64,000 nt of DNA from Bilabrum cf. latius (GCA_965178125.1 OZ237743.1:620001-684000), one strand, 5' to 3'; counted from the stretch's first letter, positions 51,666-63,406 are shown. Program-made: numbers and translations. Notes: a model not told the origin generated them from the sequence alone.

Positions 51666-52823
51666 ATGAGTAAGAGAGGAAAGAAAAAAGATAATGATAT
51701 TAATGAATCAAGTTTTGGATTTAATACGAAGTCTATCACGAACGATTTAATGAAGCCGATAAAGAAACCGAAAGGATTGAATTATGTTAAATATTATAAA
51801 CCTACTAAAGAGGGGCTTATCCAATAGGCTGATTTATTGTATCTCCCTTACGCTACCAAGAACGATTCAAAATATTTATTAGTTGTGATAGATACTAGCG
51901 GATTAGCGTTAGATTTTGAAGAGTTAAAGGATAGAGGGGCGGAGGATGTGATAAAAGCTTTTCAAAAAATCTATAAAAGAAATTATTTAATGAAACCTAA
52001 AATGATACGAACAGATAAAGGGGGAGAATTTGATAATGAATCATTTAAAGAATATCTAAAGAAGAATAAGATAGAGCATATATTTTCAAGAGTGAAGCGT
52101 AAATCGTAGATGGCTTTGGTGGAGAGATTGAATGAGGAAATAGGGAGAGCTATATTTTATTATTTGAATTCATAGGAGATAAGAACGGGGACAACTATCA
52201 CGAACTGGAGACATTTAATACCAAAATTGAGGGAGATATTAAACGAGCGTTATAAAACAAGATAGGAAATGTTGAATAAGAAAAGGGAGAATCTACCATA
52301 TATACCGCCTAGATGTTAGGGTGAAGTATGTGATGTATTAAATGAGGGTGAAATGGTAAGAATAGGATTAGATTATCCTAGAAGTATAGAAGGGATAAAG
52401 GAGACCGGAGCATTTAGGGCGGGAGATATTAAATATAGCGTAAAGCCTTATAAAATTGAAAGAGTAATAATAAAACCAGATAACCCCCCATTATATAAAA
52501 TTGAGGGCATACCCTATACATACTTTAATAGAGATTAGTTGTTATTAGCATCTAAACCATACGAGAATAAAGCACAAGATATATTTATAATTGAAAAATT
52601 GATAAGAAAGAATAAAAATAATACATACAGGGTTAAATGGAAAGATTCATATGTTGATGAGGCTACTAAAAGAAAATATTAGAATGATATAGGTAAAATA
52701 ATAAAGAGAAGAAAGAATCAAGAGGGACAAGATGAATATTTAATTCAATGGAAGATAACAACGGAGCCGGCTAAAAATATATCAAAAACTCTAAAGGATA
52801 ATTTTAATAATAAGACTAAATAA
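51666..52823 (+). CDS. Retroviral-type (rve) DDE integrase with C-terminal chromodomain-like region (385 aa)
   Basis: IQ*ADLLYL, YLLVVID, IRTDKGGEF, ALVERLN; tail FIIEKLI...YRVKWK and EYLIQWK...EPAKNI. Confidence 0.92.
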
Positions 52824-52859
52824 ATATTATTAATTTATTATTTAATAATATTCAAATAA

Positions 52860-53477
52860 TTACACTCTGTAGGTCATATTATAGACTGACATAACCATCT
52901 ATGAAAGCCCTTCAAACGTATTATACACGCTATACTCATTAGGGTTAAAACTTTTCAAAAATTCAGCTCGTGAATGTCTTGCTACATCCTTATCTTCATT
53001 ATCTAAATCTTTATGGATTTTGCTATACAGTTTATCGCTGGGTATAGCTACGCATATGCTGGATTTTTTGAATATTTCTTGTGCTAGTTCAAAATCACTT
53101 GTTAAAAAGACTGCTCTATGTTCTGCTTTCTATAACCAATTTTTCTTTACAGACTCAATACTTTTTTTCATAAGTTCAAATTTTAATAATTTAGCCGTTG
53201 ATAAGTCCCCTCTTCGTTCTGCTTCGTTTAGGTATAAAACCTGTTTGGTGTCAGCATTAACTTTAAGGACTTCATCTAAATCAACTAATAGAATATTCGG
53301 GTCTATAGACGTTAAACTTTTGTTAAGTGAACTTTTACCTCCTTTTCGTGGAAGGACTAAACACAATTTTTTACGATTCGCAAGTGAGGAACATAAGTTC
53401 CAAAGGAAGCATCCCGCATATCCTAGAGGAACCAACACCCCACCAACCGTGCTTGCTGTTGCTACTAACTCTGCCAT
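52860..53477 (-). CDS. Protein with N-terminal hydrophobic segment and a divergent P-loop (205 aa)
   Basis: LCLVLPRKGGKSS followed by LLVDLDE; two TAG read through. Confidence 0.65.
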
Positions 53478-53522
53478 TATATATATCTATACAAAACAAA
53501 ATATTATTATCCTATAGACTAA

Positions 53523-55601
53523 TTATTTTAATAATCTTAGTTTTTCAAAGTGTTGATATAAGATTTGTTTTACCTTGTCCTTCACATTATGATTACCTTT
53601 ACCACCGGCTATATTAAAATATTCTTGTTCAATTTGTCCTCCTTTATGCTTGCCACATCCACAACTACCGCCCCTGTTCTATGTTTTTATTTTCTAATCA
53701 ATAATTAAATTAATAGCTTTCATTAACATATTATAAGGGTCTTTATTTCCGAAACCTTGAGCTGGTGGTGAATATGTCCATTGAGGCTTCCCGCTTAATT
53801 CATATCCCGTATCGTTTAGTCTTGATTTTGCTAATGTTCTATCACTTCTGGTTGCTCTTCCTTCTGTATTTGCTCTAGCTACTAAAGACCTAACAGCATC
53901 AGTTGATAAATTAGGTTGTAAGACTCCGGCTTTAAGCCTTCGTATAATATATTTTAAAGTGTTAATTGTTGGGCTGGCGTCTGTTGGATTTATTCCTCTT
54001 GCTTTTAACTATGATAATATTTCATTTTTATTGCCTTTAGCATTTATTGATTGTCCTATTGATTTGGCTATTTCATCATCTGTTTTCTGTGGTTCTTGTG
54101 GTTCTGCTGGTTCTTGTGCTGGTTCTGCTGGTTGTGCTTGTTGTGCTGGTTCTACGGCTTCTCCATCTCTTGGTTCTTCATCTGGGGCTCCCCTCCGTTC
54201 TCTAGCTTGTCTTTCTTTTTCTTCTTGTTGTCTTTGTGCTTCATCTCGTTCTGCCTGTGCTTGTCTTTGTCTGAATTGAACTTCTGTAAGTTGTCTTCCA
54301 AATTCATCTGTAATAGGTTCTCCATCTTCATCTACTGCCATCGCTTCACCTTTTCCTCTGTCTTGACCTGCGGGGGGTGCTTGTGGTTGTGAGCCTGTTT
54401 TTCCTGTTAAATAACTGATACCATCCATAACCGATTGTCCTAAAGAACCAAATGTGCTTTGTTGTTGTTCTGGTGATTGTCCTTGTTCTTGTTCTGGTGA
54501 TTGTCCTTGTGGTTCTGGTGATGCTTGTAAGAATCCACTAGGTGGAACTGGTGCGGGTGATACTTTTGAAAACTAGCCTGATAAATTTCTACTGGCGTTC
54601 TCCCCTTCTTCTTCTTGTCCTGATGATTGTGATGCCTCTTGTTCTTGTGCTTTTTGTTTAAGTTCTGATAATTTCTTCTAAGCACTTTTTATAAAATCAA
54701 CTTTAGACCGTCCTTTTACACCTTTAACATTTGACTCTCTAAGTATTTTTGCTAGTTCGGTTTTCTTTGGTGCTTTTCTACTACTTGAAGGATTGGCGTT
54801 TGCTACTCTTTCAAGTGCTTCAATTTGTTCTTGTAGTTCTGGGCTTAATGCTTCTTGTGGTGTTGGAGGGGGTTTTGGTCTTGGTTCTGGTGGCGGTTGC
54901 GGGTTATCTGGTTCAGGTCTATCAGGTTGCGGGTCATCTCTTTGCTATTGTTGAACGGCTTCAGGAGGATTTAAAACATCCTATAAAGCATTAACAGCGT
55001 CATCAACTTTTGTTAATTGTGAAACATTCTATCCTTGGGGGGTTTTCGTGATTCCAGCTTGTCGTAAAGCGTTTCGTATTTGAACTGCTTTTAATCCTCT
55101 CATATCGCTTGGTAATTGTTCTAATACTGCGTCCCGTTGTGCTTTAGTGGTTGTAAATAATCTCATATTAATATTTTTAATTCCATCAAATACCTTTTTC
55201 TTATCGCTTGCTGGTCCTACTACCTACCTTACATTAATATTATTAATGGTATCTACAACCTATCTTTTTAATTTATCCGGTAAATCTGGATTTCTATTTA
55301 TAAATGATTGTAAATTTTCTATTTGATAAATTGGTAATTCTTTTTTAGCGTTCATAGTCTTAATATTTTTAATAATATTTTCAATTCCTTGTTGTTGTTG
55401 TTGTCTTTCAATTCTAACATCAATAGGAACATAATTAGCACGAAGGAAAGCATCATCTTTTAGGGTTTTTCTTCTGGCTTCTGCTTCATCTTCTTCTTGC
55501 TATATCATTAATCTAACTTGTGGGTCATTTTGTATCCTAAGTTGATTAGACCGTTTCTACATAATACCCTTCAGTAAATCATTAATTGTATTGTTTGACA
55601 T
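53523..55601 (-). CDS. Large low-complexity protein, putative virion core/internal protein (692 aa)
   Basis: ATG 55601 is in frame with track ORF 54009..54428; Pro/Gln/Glu-rich middle; C-terminal RGG, KGG and IAGG motifs; TAA stop. Confidence 0.7.
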
Positions 55602-55678
55602 TGTATATATATATTATTAATGATATAATTAATAATTTATAAACTTAAGAGATAATATGTCAATTGGTAGGCTGTCTT

Positions 55679-56068
55679 TTAAAATGAAATATCCTTATTC
55701 ATAAGGTCGTGTTTCTTTATAAAGGAATTGCTGGCTTTCATAGTCATTCCCTTTTGACGGCACCATTTCATTAATTTATCCCTCTTTAACTATTTAGCAC
55801 TACGGGGCTTTTTAGCTTTAGGGGCTTTCTTTGAACCCTTCTTTTTTCCTCCAGCAAGATAATTGGGACCTCCAGCGAGAACGTTCGGCTATCCACCAAG
55901 AAGGTTCAAAGCTCCCCCTTTTGTCTTTCCTTTTGTGGTTGCGTTTAATATTTGGTTTGCTGTATCTTCAACCATTTTATCAATTTCTTTTTTATAATCA
56001 TTTCTGTTTATTCCAAGATGATGAAGGCTTTTATTTGTCATATCATTTATGCTCTATTTAACGCTCAT
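55679..56068 (-). CDS. Small basic putative DNA-binding core protein (129 aa); absent from the ORF track
   Basis: KGGALNLLGG*PNVLAGGPNYLAGGKKKGSKKAPKAKKPRSAK*LKR...GMTMKASNSFIKKHDL. Confidence 0.75.
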
Positions 56069-56125
56069 ATTATTGTATATATTGGGTATATATAATTTGT
56101 TATTTATCCATACTTATAATATATA

Positions 56126-56941
56126 ATGAAAATTAATGAATTGACACAAGCTTATTTTAATGAATACGAGAACGATATATTTGATGAGGTGAATTTTAAG
56201 AAGGGGGCTAATTTATTTTTAAATGGTTCGTATGCTATTCCTTATTATTCCTTGTTTGCTAGTGATATAGATTTATATTAGAGGGTAGAGCCTGAATTTA
56301 TAAATAGTTTAATAAGATTTGTAAAGGTTTTTATAAGTTAGGTTAATTTTATTGAGGTTAAAGCTGGTAATAAAAAATACAAGACCATAAAAGCATTCAT
56401 ATCTACACCCGTTAAAACCATTTATAAATAGATATTTAGCGGAGATAAACCATACTTAAAAATTGATTTTTGGGCTTTTGATGGAAAATTTATAGATGAA
56501 ATAAGCATAATTTATCATATAAGTGATTATGAAATAGATTAGGACGAGGTAAAAGATGGATTAATAAGAGATGTAGATAAATATTTTGGTTCTAATAATT
56601 TTAAAGTATTAAAACGATTGAAGGATTTATTTAAATTAAGAGGTGAGAAGAGGAATGAAAAAAGAGTCAATGATTTAATTGATAGGGAAGCATTAGGATA
56701 TTTATATTCCATAAGAATGCGATTAGAAAGTATGCTAAGAATAAAAGGACATCAAAGCGAGAAGTCAAAATCATTTCAAAGCCTAAAAGGACTAATGAGA
56801 AAAGCATTAGGAAATGTGGAAATAATAAAACAATTTTCAAAGTATTCTAAAGCAAATATTAATAAGATAATATCGTGGATTGACCAATACATAAATAGGA
56901 AAACACGGGCGGAAATTAAAAATATAATTATGTCTCTATAA
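56126..56941 (+). CDS. Nucleotidyltransferase-fold-like protein upstream of the ATPase (271 aa)
   Basis: LNGSY...ASDIDL (GS..DxD pattern) and LKIDF; N-terminal half visible only with TAG read-through. Confidence 0.65.
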
Positions 56942-57033
56942 CTTTTTTTGTGAGGAAGGATAGAAGAAGGAACCAACTTAATATTTTAAACCCGTGTGAA
57001 TAAATGGTTTATTTTATTTTATTATTATATATA

Positions 57034-58104
57034 ATGCTATCTTTACAATATACGGAAAATAGCCATATTGTAGCTATTCAAAAATACAAAAAAACACAAT
57101 AGAACCGGTTTATTTATTACGACCCGAACGCTAAAGATATTCAACACGTCAAAGCGGAAGAGATAACAGATGATGTTTTAAAATCTTATTACGGAGAAAG
57201 CCGAGTAAGATATAACGTTGATAAGGACAAGAAAAGGGAACAATTACATAAACTATTACAAGATGAATATATACGGTCAGTTTAGGAATTTGCGATTAAA
57301 GATAATAGTCAATATTTACCTTTTCCTATGCTCTTTCCATAGGGGCGTGAATATGTGCGATTATTTGGTAAGAGTGGAAGCGGGAAAAGTCATTTAGCTT
57401 TACATTATATAAGGATGTATAGAGGATTAAAATATAAAAATATGTATGTTATATCACCAATTCAAGACCCTAAATATAAAAGAGAAGGCGCGACCTTCAT
57501 TGATATAGATGATTTGGTTAAAGAGAATGAAAACACTTTATATAAGGAAAAAATGGCTTATTATAAAAAAATGAAATTAGAATTTAAATATAAGAAATCT
57601 TCTTTGATGAAATCTAAACCTTTAGATGTTGTTATTGAAGCTGAAAGAAAGATAGAGGATTTGAAACCTGAGAAAGATTTAATAGAAAAAGGTTTTAAAT
57701 TAAATGTTGAGTTTTTTAAAAAATTGACCGCTGAACCTAATTTATTTATTCTGGATGATTACGAAGGCTTTAAAAAAAGGAACCAGAAAGCAAAGGCTTA
57801 TTTTTTATTGGAAATCCTAGCAACTACAGGAAGGCACACAGCAAGTAGCGTTTTAGACATCACCCACAAAATAAGCGACGGTATGAAGACACGAACCATT
57901 ATGAACGAAATTACAACCCATATCATTTATAAAACAATTACAGCTAAAAGTTTAAAATATATTTTAGAAACAGTCTTAAGTTTTGACGCTCCTACTAGAA
58001 AACGAATTAAAAAAACCCTTCATTCTCTCCCTCTCTTTGGTTATGTTGCTATTAATGTTGATAATAATTATGTAGTTAGCACAAAAAAAATATTTCTCTA
58101 TTGA
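57034..58104 (+). CDS. FtsK-HerA/A32-type genome packaging ATPase (356 aa)
   Basis: GKSGSGKS, FILDDYE, TTGRH, ITH; TGA stop. Confidence 0.92.
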
Positions 58105-58112
58105 ATATATAA

Positions 58113-58688
58113 ATGAACATAAACGACTTAAATAGACTAGTCCAAACACCGTTATCTCCTTTAGAAATTCAAAAATTAGGTGTAGCACATTTGAATTACA
58201 AACCTAGAATAGTTATTTACGATGATATTATTAAATAGACCTCATCTATTGAACATATTTTTGATGGTAATGACGGCGTAATTATTTATTATCCTAATAA
58301 AAAGACGGGACTAAATAGCACATACGGTCATTATTGCGCTCTTACTTAGGACGAAAATAATAAAACTATTTATTTTTTTGATAGCTATGGAGAAAAACCC
58401 GACCAATAGAAACCATTTATTAATAGAAACCAATTGTATCAAGGAGAAGGAGAAGAGAACACACTAGTTAAATATTTATTGACGTAGAAATTACACGGCT
58501 GGAAAATTGACTATAATAATAAACCTATTTAGAGTTATGCTAATTAGAGTGCTACTTGTGGAAGATGGGCATTATTAAGAACTGTTTTCTCATTCTTAAC
58601 TAATGATTAGTTTGTAAATGAAATGTTTAGAATATCCAAAATTATGGCTCTTAGTCCTGATTAGTTAGTGGCGTTGCTTCTACATTGA
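58113..58688 (+). CDS. Adenain-like cysteine maturation protease (191 aa); absent from the ORF track
   Basis: GHYCAL (His), YFFDSYG (Asp), YNNKPI*S (Gln as TAG 58530-58532), ATCGRW (Cys). Confidence 0.93.
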
Positions 58689-58695
58689 ATACCCC

Positions 58696-58910
58696 GCCCT
58701 TCTAATAAAAGGGCTAGAATAAAATAATAAAATATGATTATCTCTAAAATAAAATCCATACGATGGCTATATCCACAAATTGCGTATATATTATAGTGTT
58801 TTCTAGCAAAACGTGGATGTAGGGCCTCTTGTGAAGGTGAAATGAAGATATAAGCCCTTTTATTTAGAAAAGTTCCATCGTTTTAGAAGGGCTATTTTTC
58901 ATCCATCTAA
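58696..58910 (+). repeat. Dispersed non-coding repeat, copy 2
   Basis: See copy 1; contains the 9-bp inverted pair GCCCTTCTA (58696) and TAGAAGGGC (58884). Confidence 0.9.
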
Positions 58911-59024
58911 ATTCAATCAAACTTTTAAATATATTGGTAAAAGTGAAGGGTAAAAATCAAGGTGAAATATTAGATAAGGTTTATTAATAAATATTTATTT
59001 GTATAGCTTTAATATATAAATAAA

Positions 59025-59978
59025 ATGAGTTATAGCGATGAATTTGTAAGATTGAATTTAGTTAGTTCATCTGTCCCCCACAATTAGACGAGATAGGCGG
59101 TAGTGAATGAAACCCGTGAAGGCTTAATATTAAAACAAAGTGAAAATTATTTAACGGCTGTTGAAGAGATGGATTTAAATAAATTTATGCTACCGGTGTT
59201 TAAACCTGAATATTAGGATGACAGCGGTAAAACCTATTTAAAATTTACTCTTGAGAATAAAACATCAGGAGCCAGAGCAGGCGATTATATAGTTCTAGGT
59301 AAAAAAGCTAAATTTTATTATTCATATTAGGATATTGTAAATGAATTTAATGAAGAGTTAAGCCGAATTTGTGATTTGGTAAGCCTTCCAAGTGGTGATA
59401 AACCAGTCTTTAAATTTGAAAATAATAAATGGAGTTTATCAACAACTGAAGATTTTAGAGATAATTATTATTTATTTGTTAATTTTGAAGCTTTTGCTTT
59501 ATTTGATAAATTTGAATATGAAGGAATAACAACCACACCGAGTGATTTATTTGCTAAACTTTCATATAATAATTCCCCTGCTAGTGGTGATTATGTTTTT
59601 ATGGCTAGATAGACGAATTTAAATTCTTGGTGCCCTGTTAAATCTATTATCGTAGAAAGTGATATTCCAGTGAATAAAGAATTGGTGACCACAAAATCAT
59701 CTACTGGTGGCTCTATAGCCGTCAATAAATCCCCTATATTAACCAGCTACCCGTATAATCCTAATGACAGCTCACCAATAGAAAATATATTATATGTTTC
59801 TAATCCTTACCGCTGGTATTCAATGATGAAGGATAGAAGCTTTAAGAGCGTGTCAATGGCGTTCTACTGGGTTGATAAACAAAATGAAAAGTATCCCGTA
59901 ATGAATTTTAACGGGGGTGAAGCTCACATTAAACAAGTATTTAAAAAACAAACCGATAATTTAAGTTTAGATTTTTAA
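59025..59978 (+). CDS. Minor capsid (penton) protein (317 aa)
   Basis: Beta-rich ORF lying between protease and MCP; WCPVKSIIVESDIPV, PYRWYSM, FYWVDK resemble virophage penton segments. Confidence 0.8.
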
Positions 59979-60049
59979 ATAAATTATAGAAGATTATAAA
60001 ATATGTTTAGATATTAAAAAATTTATATCTATAGTGTATATATAAAAAA

Positions 60050-61939
60050 ATGGCTCAACAAATGGTTCAGAATTTACCAGTAAGCATTAAGGCTCCTAAA
60101 AGCCTTCAAATGATAACCCCTGAAGATGCTAGTTTAGGAACAGAACTAGGTGTTCAAAAATATACCCGCCGAGAAATTAGACCATCATCTAATCAATCTA
60201 ATTCTCTTCTTCCCCTTTCTTTCCCCGTTAATCCTACTAGTAAAACCGTATCAAGGTTTATTCGTCTTCGTCATCGTATGACAGTTAGGCTACAACTAGA
60301 GCAAGCAGTACCAGCTCAAACTGCGGGAGGTGATGCTATTACCGCTCAATCTTATCTTAAATCTAGGTTTGGAACTAATTCATTACCTACCTTTAAAATG
60401 CTTCAAGGTGGTGTTTTAACAATTAATGGATAGCCTTTTACAGTAAAAGTTTATGAATGGGCTGAACCTACCGAAGTTATGAACAGTGAAGAAACCTTAT
60501 CCACAATCTCACCCGTTGGACGCCCTGACACTGTTGGTGATTATCGTGAAGTAAGTGATACCCTTAAAAATCCTTTAGCTTGGGGTTAGGATGTTGGATA
60601 TAGTGCCGGTGATAGCTTTAGTTATCGTGGAGCATATGGGAATGCTTTTACGACTGTAAATGCTGATTTCGTTGCGGGTAATAGAGACCAAATTGATTGG
60701 ACTATTGATTTTCAAGAAGCTATACCACTAAAAGGAGCAGATGTTGATGTGAATGCTAAATATTTCACCGGTGTGAGAAGCCTTCAGGTTGATTTAGATT
60801 ATCACGTAAATGCCATTCAAAGACTGTGTAAGGCTAGTTTTACAAAAGATAACGGAGATATTAACAAAATAACGGGTTAGTCAATTATAGGAGAAACAAA
60901 TACGACCCTTCTTGTTGATGAAGTTGAATTTTAGAGTGGATACGCCCCCCCGACTCGTTGTATGTATAATATGCCTACAATTAAATTTTAGTCTTAGGCG
61001 CCTGTCCCTGTACCTAAATCCGCAACTGAAAATTCTTTAACTTCTTTTGATTATCAATTATCCCGTGAGAATGGTATCCCTAGTGCTATTATGGTATGTG
61101 CCCGCCTTGTTGGTTGTGATGATAACCCTAACTGGGCTAATAGAACTTTACCAATTAGAAGAATAGGTTTCTCACTCAATGGAAGCGCTGAGGAATTAGG
61201 GGCTGTAGATAATCCACACGAATTATATAGAATTAGTAGAAAGAACGGATATGCTCTTCCTCCTTCATCCTTTTATGGTTCATCAATTGATGGAAGTGAT
61301 GGAAACCGCGGTACTGGTTGCTATATGATTTTAAAACCTTCAGATGTTGCTACACTTGCTGGTGTTCAATCTAATGTAAATACTGGATTTAATCTTAAAG
61401 TTAATCTTCAGTGCTTCAACCCTTATAATAAATATGCGGATGGTGCGTATGAGGATAAATACGAGATAAAAGTATGGATGTTTTATGATAATGTTCTTGT
61501 GAATGATAACGGTGTCTATACTGAGGCTGGCGCCCTTATTGAGCCTTCTAAAGTGCTTTCTGAACTTGCTAAACGTGGTGATGCTGAAAGTGGTTCTAAA
61601 GGTTTCTAGCCTGTATTTGAGGATTTAGATAATTATGCTAATGTTATGGGTGGAAAAGGTCGTTTCTGGTCTAAGATTGGACGAGCCTTTAAACACGGAT
61701 GGAATCAGGTTAAAGATTGGGCAAAAAGTGATTAGGCTAAAAACCTAGCGAAAACCATTAGGAATATAGGACCACTCAAAAGTCTAACAGGAGACAATAG
61801 CGCTATTGGCAAAGCGGCGGCACATTATGGATATGGAAATAGTGGAGGAGAATTGAATAAGCTTGGTGGAAAACTTACGATGCGTGGTGGCTAGGCTATG
61901 CGTGGGGAAGATCTCGAGGCCCTTTTAAGCACATCTTAA
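60050..61939 (+). CDS. Virophage-type double jelly-roll major capsid protein (629 aa)
   Basis: Length, position after the penton, IPSAIMVCAR, ELYRISRKNG, and a C-terminal amphipathic/GG-rich tail; track ORFs 60050 and 61091 fuse via TAG. Confidence 0.88.
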
Positions 61940-61986
61940 ACGTTTAAAATGACTTAAATATATATTAACTAACTAATATATATCAA

Positions 61987-62277
61987 ATGGAAAAGTTAAA
62001 TAAAATTATTGAGAATCTACCGCCTACACACGATGTCTATATCCAGACAGAAATTGATGGAGTTTTGACCGTAATTTTTACAAACAGTGATTAGGTAAAA
62101 GAAATCACCAATCAATTAAAAAAAGACAGTAGAGAGAAGCTATTATATCTCAAATATTCAACCTATAAATGTATTATATAGACGAGGAATAAGTATAGAG
62201 ATGATGACATTGTACTTCATTATTTGGCTGTTTGTCTATTAGAAAAGAAACCCATTCAATTATATAAGGCAAGATAA
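61987..62277 (+). CDS. Hypothetical protein (96 aa)
   Basis: ATG..TAA with two TAG; preceded by the conserved promoter motif. Confidence 0.65.
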
Positions 62278-62328
62278 TCATTTTATTATTTATTTATACA
62301 TATTAAATAAATATATGACCTGTGAATG

Positions 62329-62441
62329 ATACTTTCCAAAGTAGGTTCATACTTTTCGAAGTTGGTTCACACTTTTCAAAGTAGGTTCATACTTTCCGAA
62401 GTTGGTTCATACTTTTCAAAGTAGGTTCATACTTTCCAAAG
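62329..62441. repeat. Non-coding 20-bp tandem repeat (about 5.6 units)
   Basis: Unit GTWGGTTCAYACTTTYCRAA, with alternating variants giving a 40-bp super-period. Confidence 0.95.
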
Positions 62442-62592
62442 AACTATTTAACCGGTCTAATTAATTAATATTTTAATAATATTAATTATTATAATCACTT
62501 ATATCTATAGTGTCTATTTTTAAGCCCCTAATTTATAATATAACGCGTTTAAAATGACTTAAAGATTATATTATATAGATATTATATAGAGA

Positions 62593-63144
62593 ATGTGTAA
62601 AAAGTGTATTGAACAAATATAGGAACATACCGGTAATATAAAGTGGATGGACATTTAGAAGAAATTAATTCATATTGGCTCAACCGTTATTCAAGGTGAT
62701 AAATTGGGTAATTGTATTTGTGGGCACGAGATACGAACCGAGCACGAAATAGAGCATACCCCTAGTGGATATGTTTTTAAAGTGGGTTCTAGTTGTATAA
62801 AGTAGATGATAAAGGATAAAGAAAATCAAATTCGTAAAAAATGTTTATATTAGTGGTGTGGAATATGTAAAAAAGATGTCGCAAGAGACCGATATAATAA
62901 GCACTGTGAAGGAATAAGACATATTGAGTTAGAAAAGAAATAGAAAAAGTTAGAGGAAAAAAAGAGGAATGAAAAAAGATGTGATGTGTGTCTTTGTAAA
63001 ATGCTTAGAGGTGATTGGAGGACAACCTGTAAGTCTTGTTATACGATTACAAAATATGGAAAAAAGGCGTGTAAAAAATGCGGAGTGTCTAGAATTAAAG
63101 ATATGAAATATTCAATTTGTTATAAATGTCATATTGGTAAATAA
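62593..63144 (+). CDS. Multi-Zn-finger protein (183 aa); absent from the ORF track
   Basis: CICGHEI...VGSSCI, CGIC...KHCEGIRH, four further CxxC pairs; several TAG. Confidence 0.8.
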
Positions 63145-63194
63145 TAATTAGATATTAATGATAAAATTAATATTTAACATATTGATGATGGGAG

Positions 63195-63406
63195 TTAGAA
63201 GGGGCTATATTACAACCTTCTAAAGTGATGGAACTTTTGGGCTAGAAATACGATATCAATCAAATCATCTTCATAAAACTAATCCATCCACGTTTTGCTA
63301 AATAATACATATACTAATACGCAATTTGTGGATATAGCCATCGTATGGATTTTATTATAGAGATAACCATATATATTTTAATATTCTAGCCCTTTTATTA
63401 GATGGT
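63195..63406 (-). repeat. Dispersed non-coding repeat, copy 3 (inverted)
   Basis: Reverse complement of copies 1 and 2. Confidence 0.9.

Noticed and set aside
62329-62441. CRISPR-like array
   Set aside because: Contiguous 20-bp units with no unique spacers and no cas genes.
41344-63144. Viral genes as nonsense-riddled pseudogenes
   Set aside because: Interruptions are TAG only, frames are preserved, and catalytic motifs are intact; random decay would also give TAA, TGA and indels.
48073-63406. Repeat copies 1 and 3 as the bona fide TIRs of a complete virophage
   Set aside because: They diverge outside a short core, a third copy is internal, no target duplication was seen, and viral-type genes continue on both sides; kept only as an alternative.
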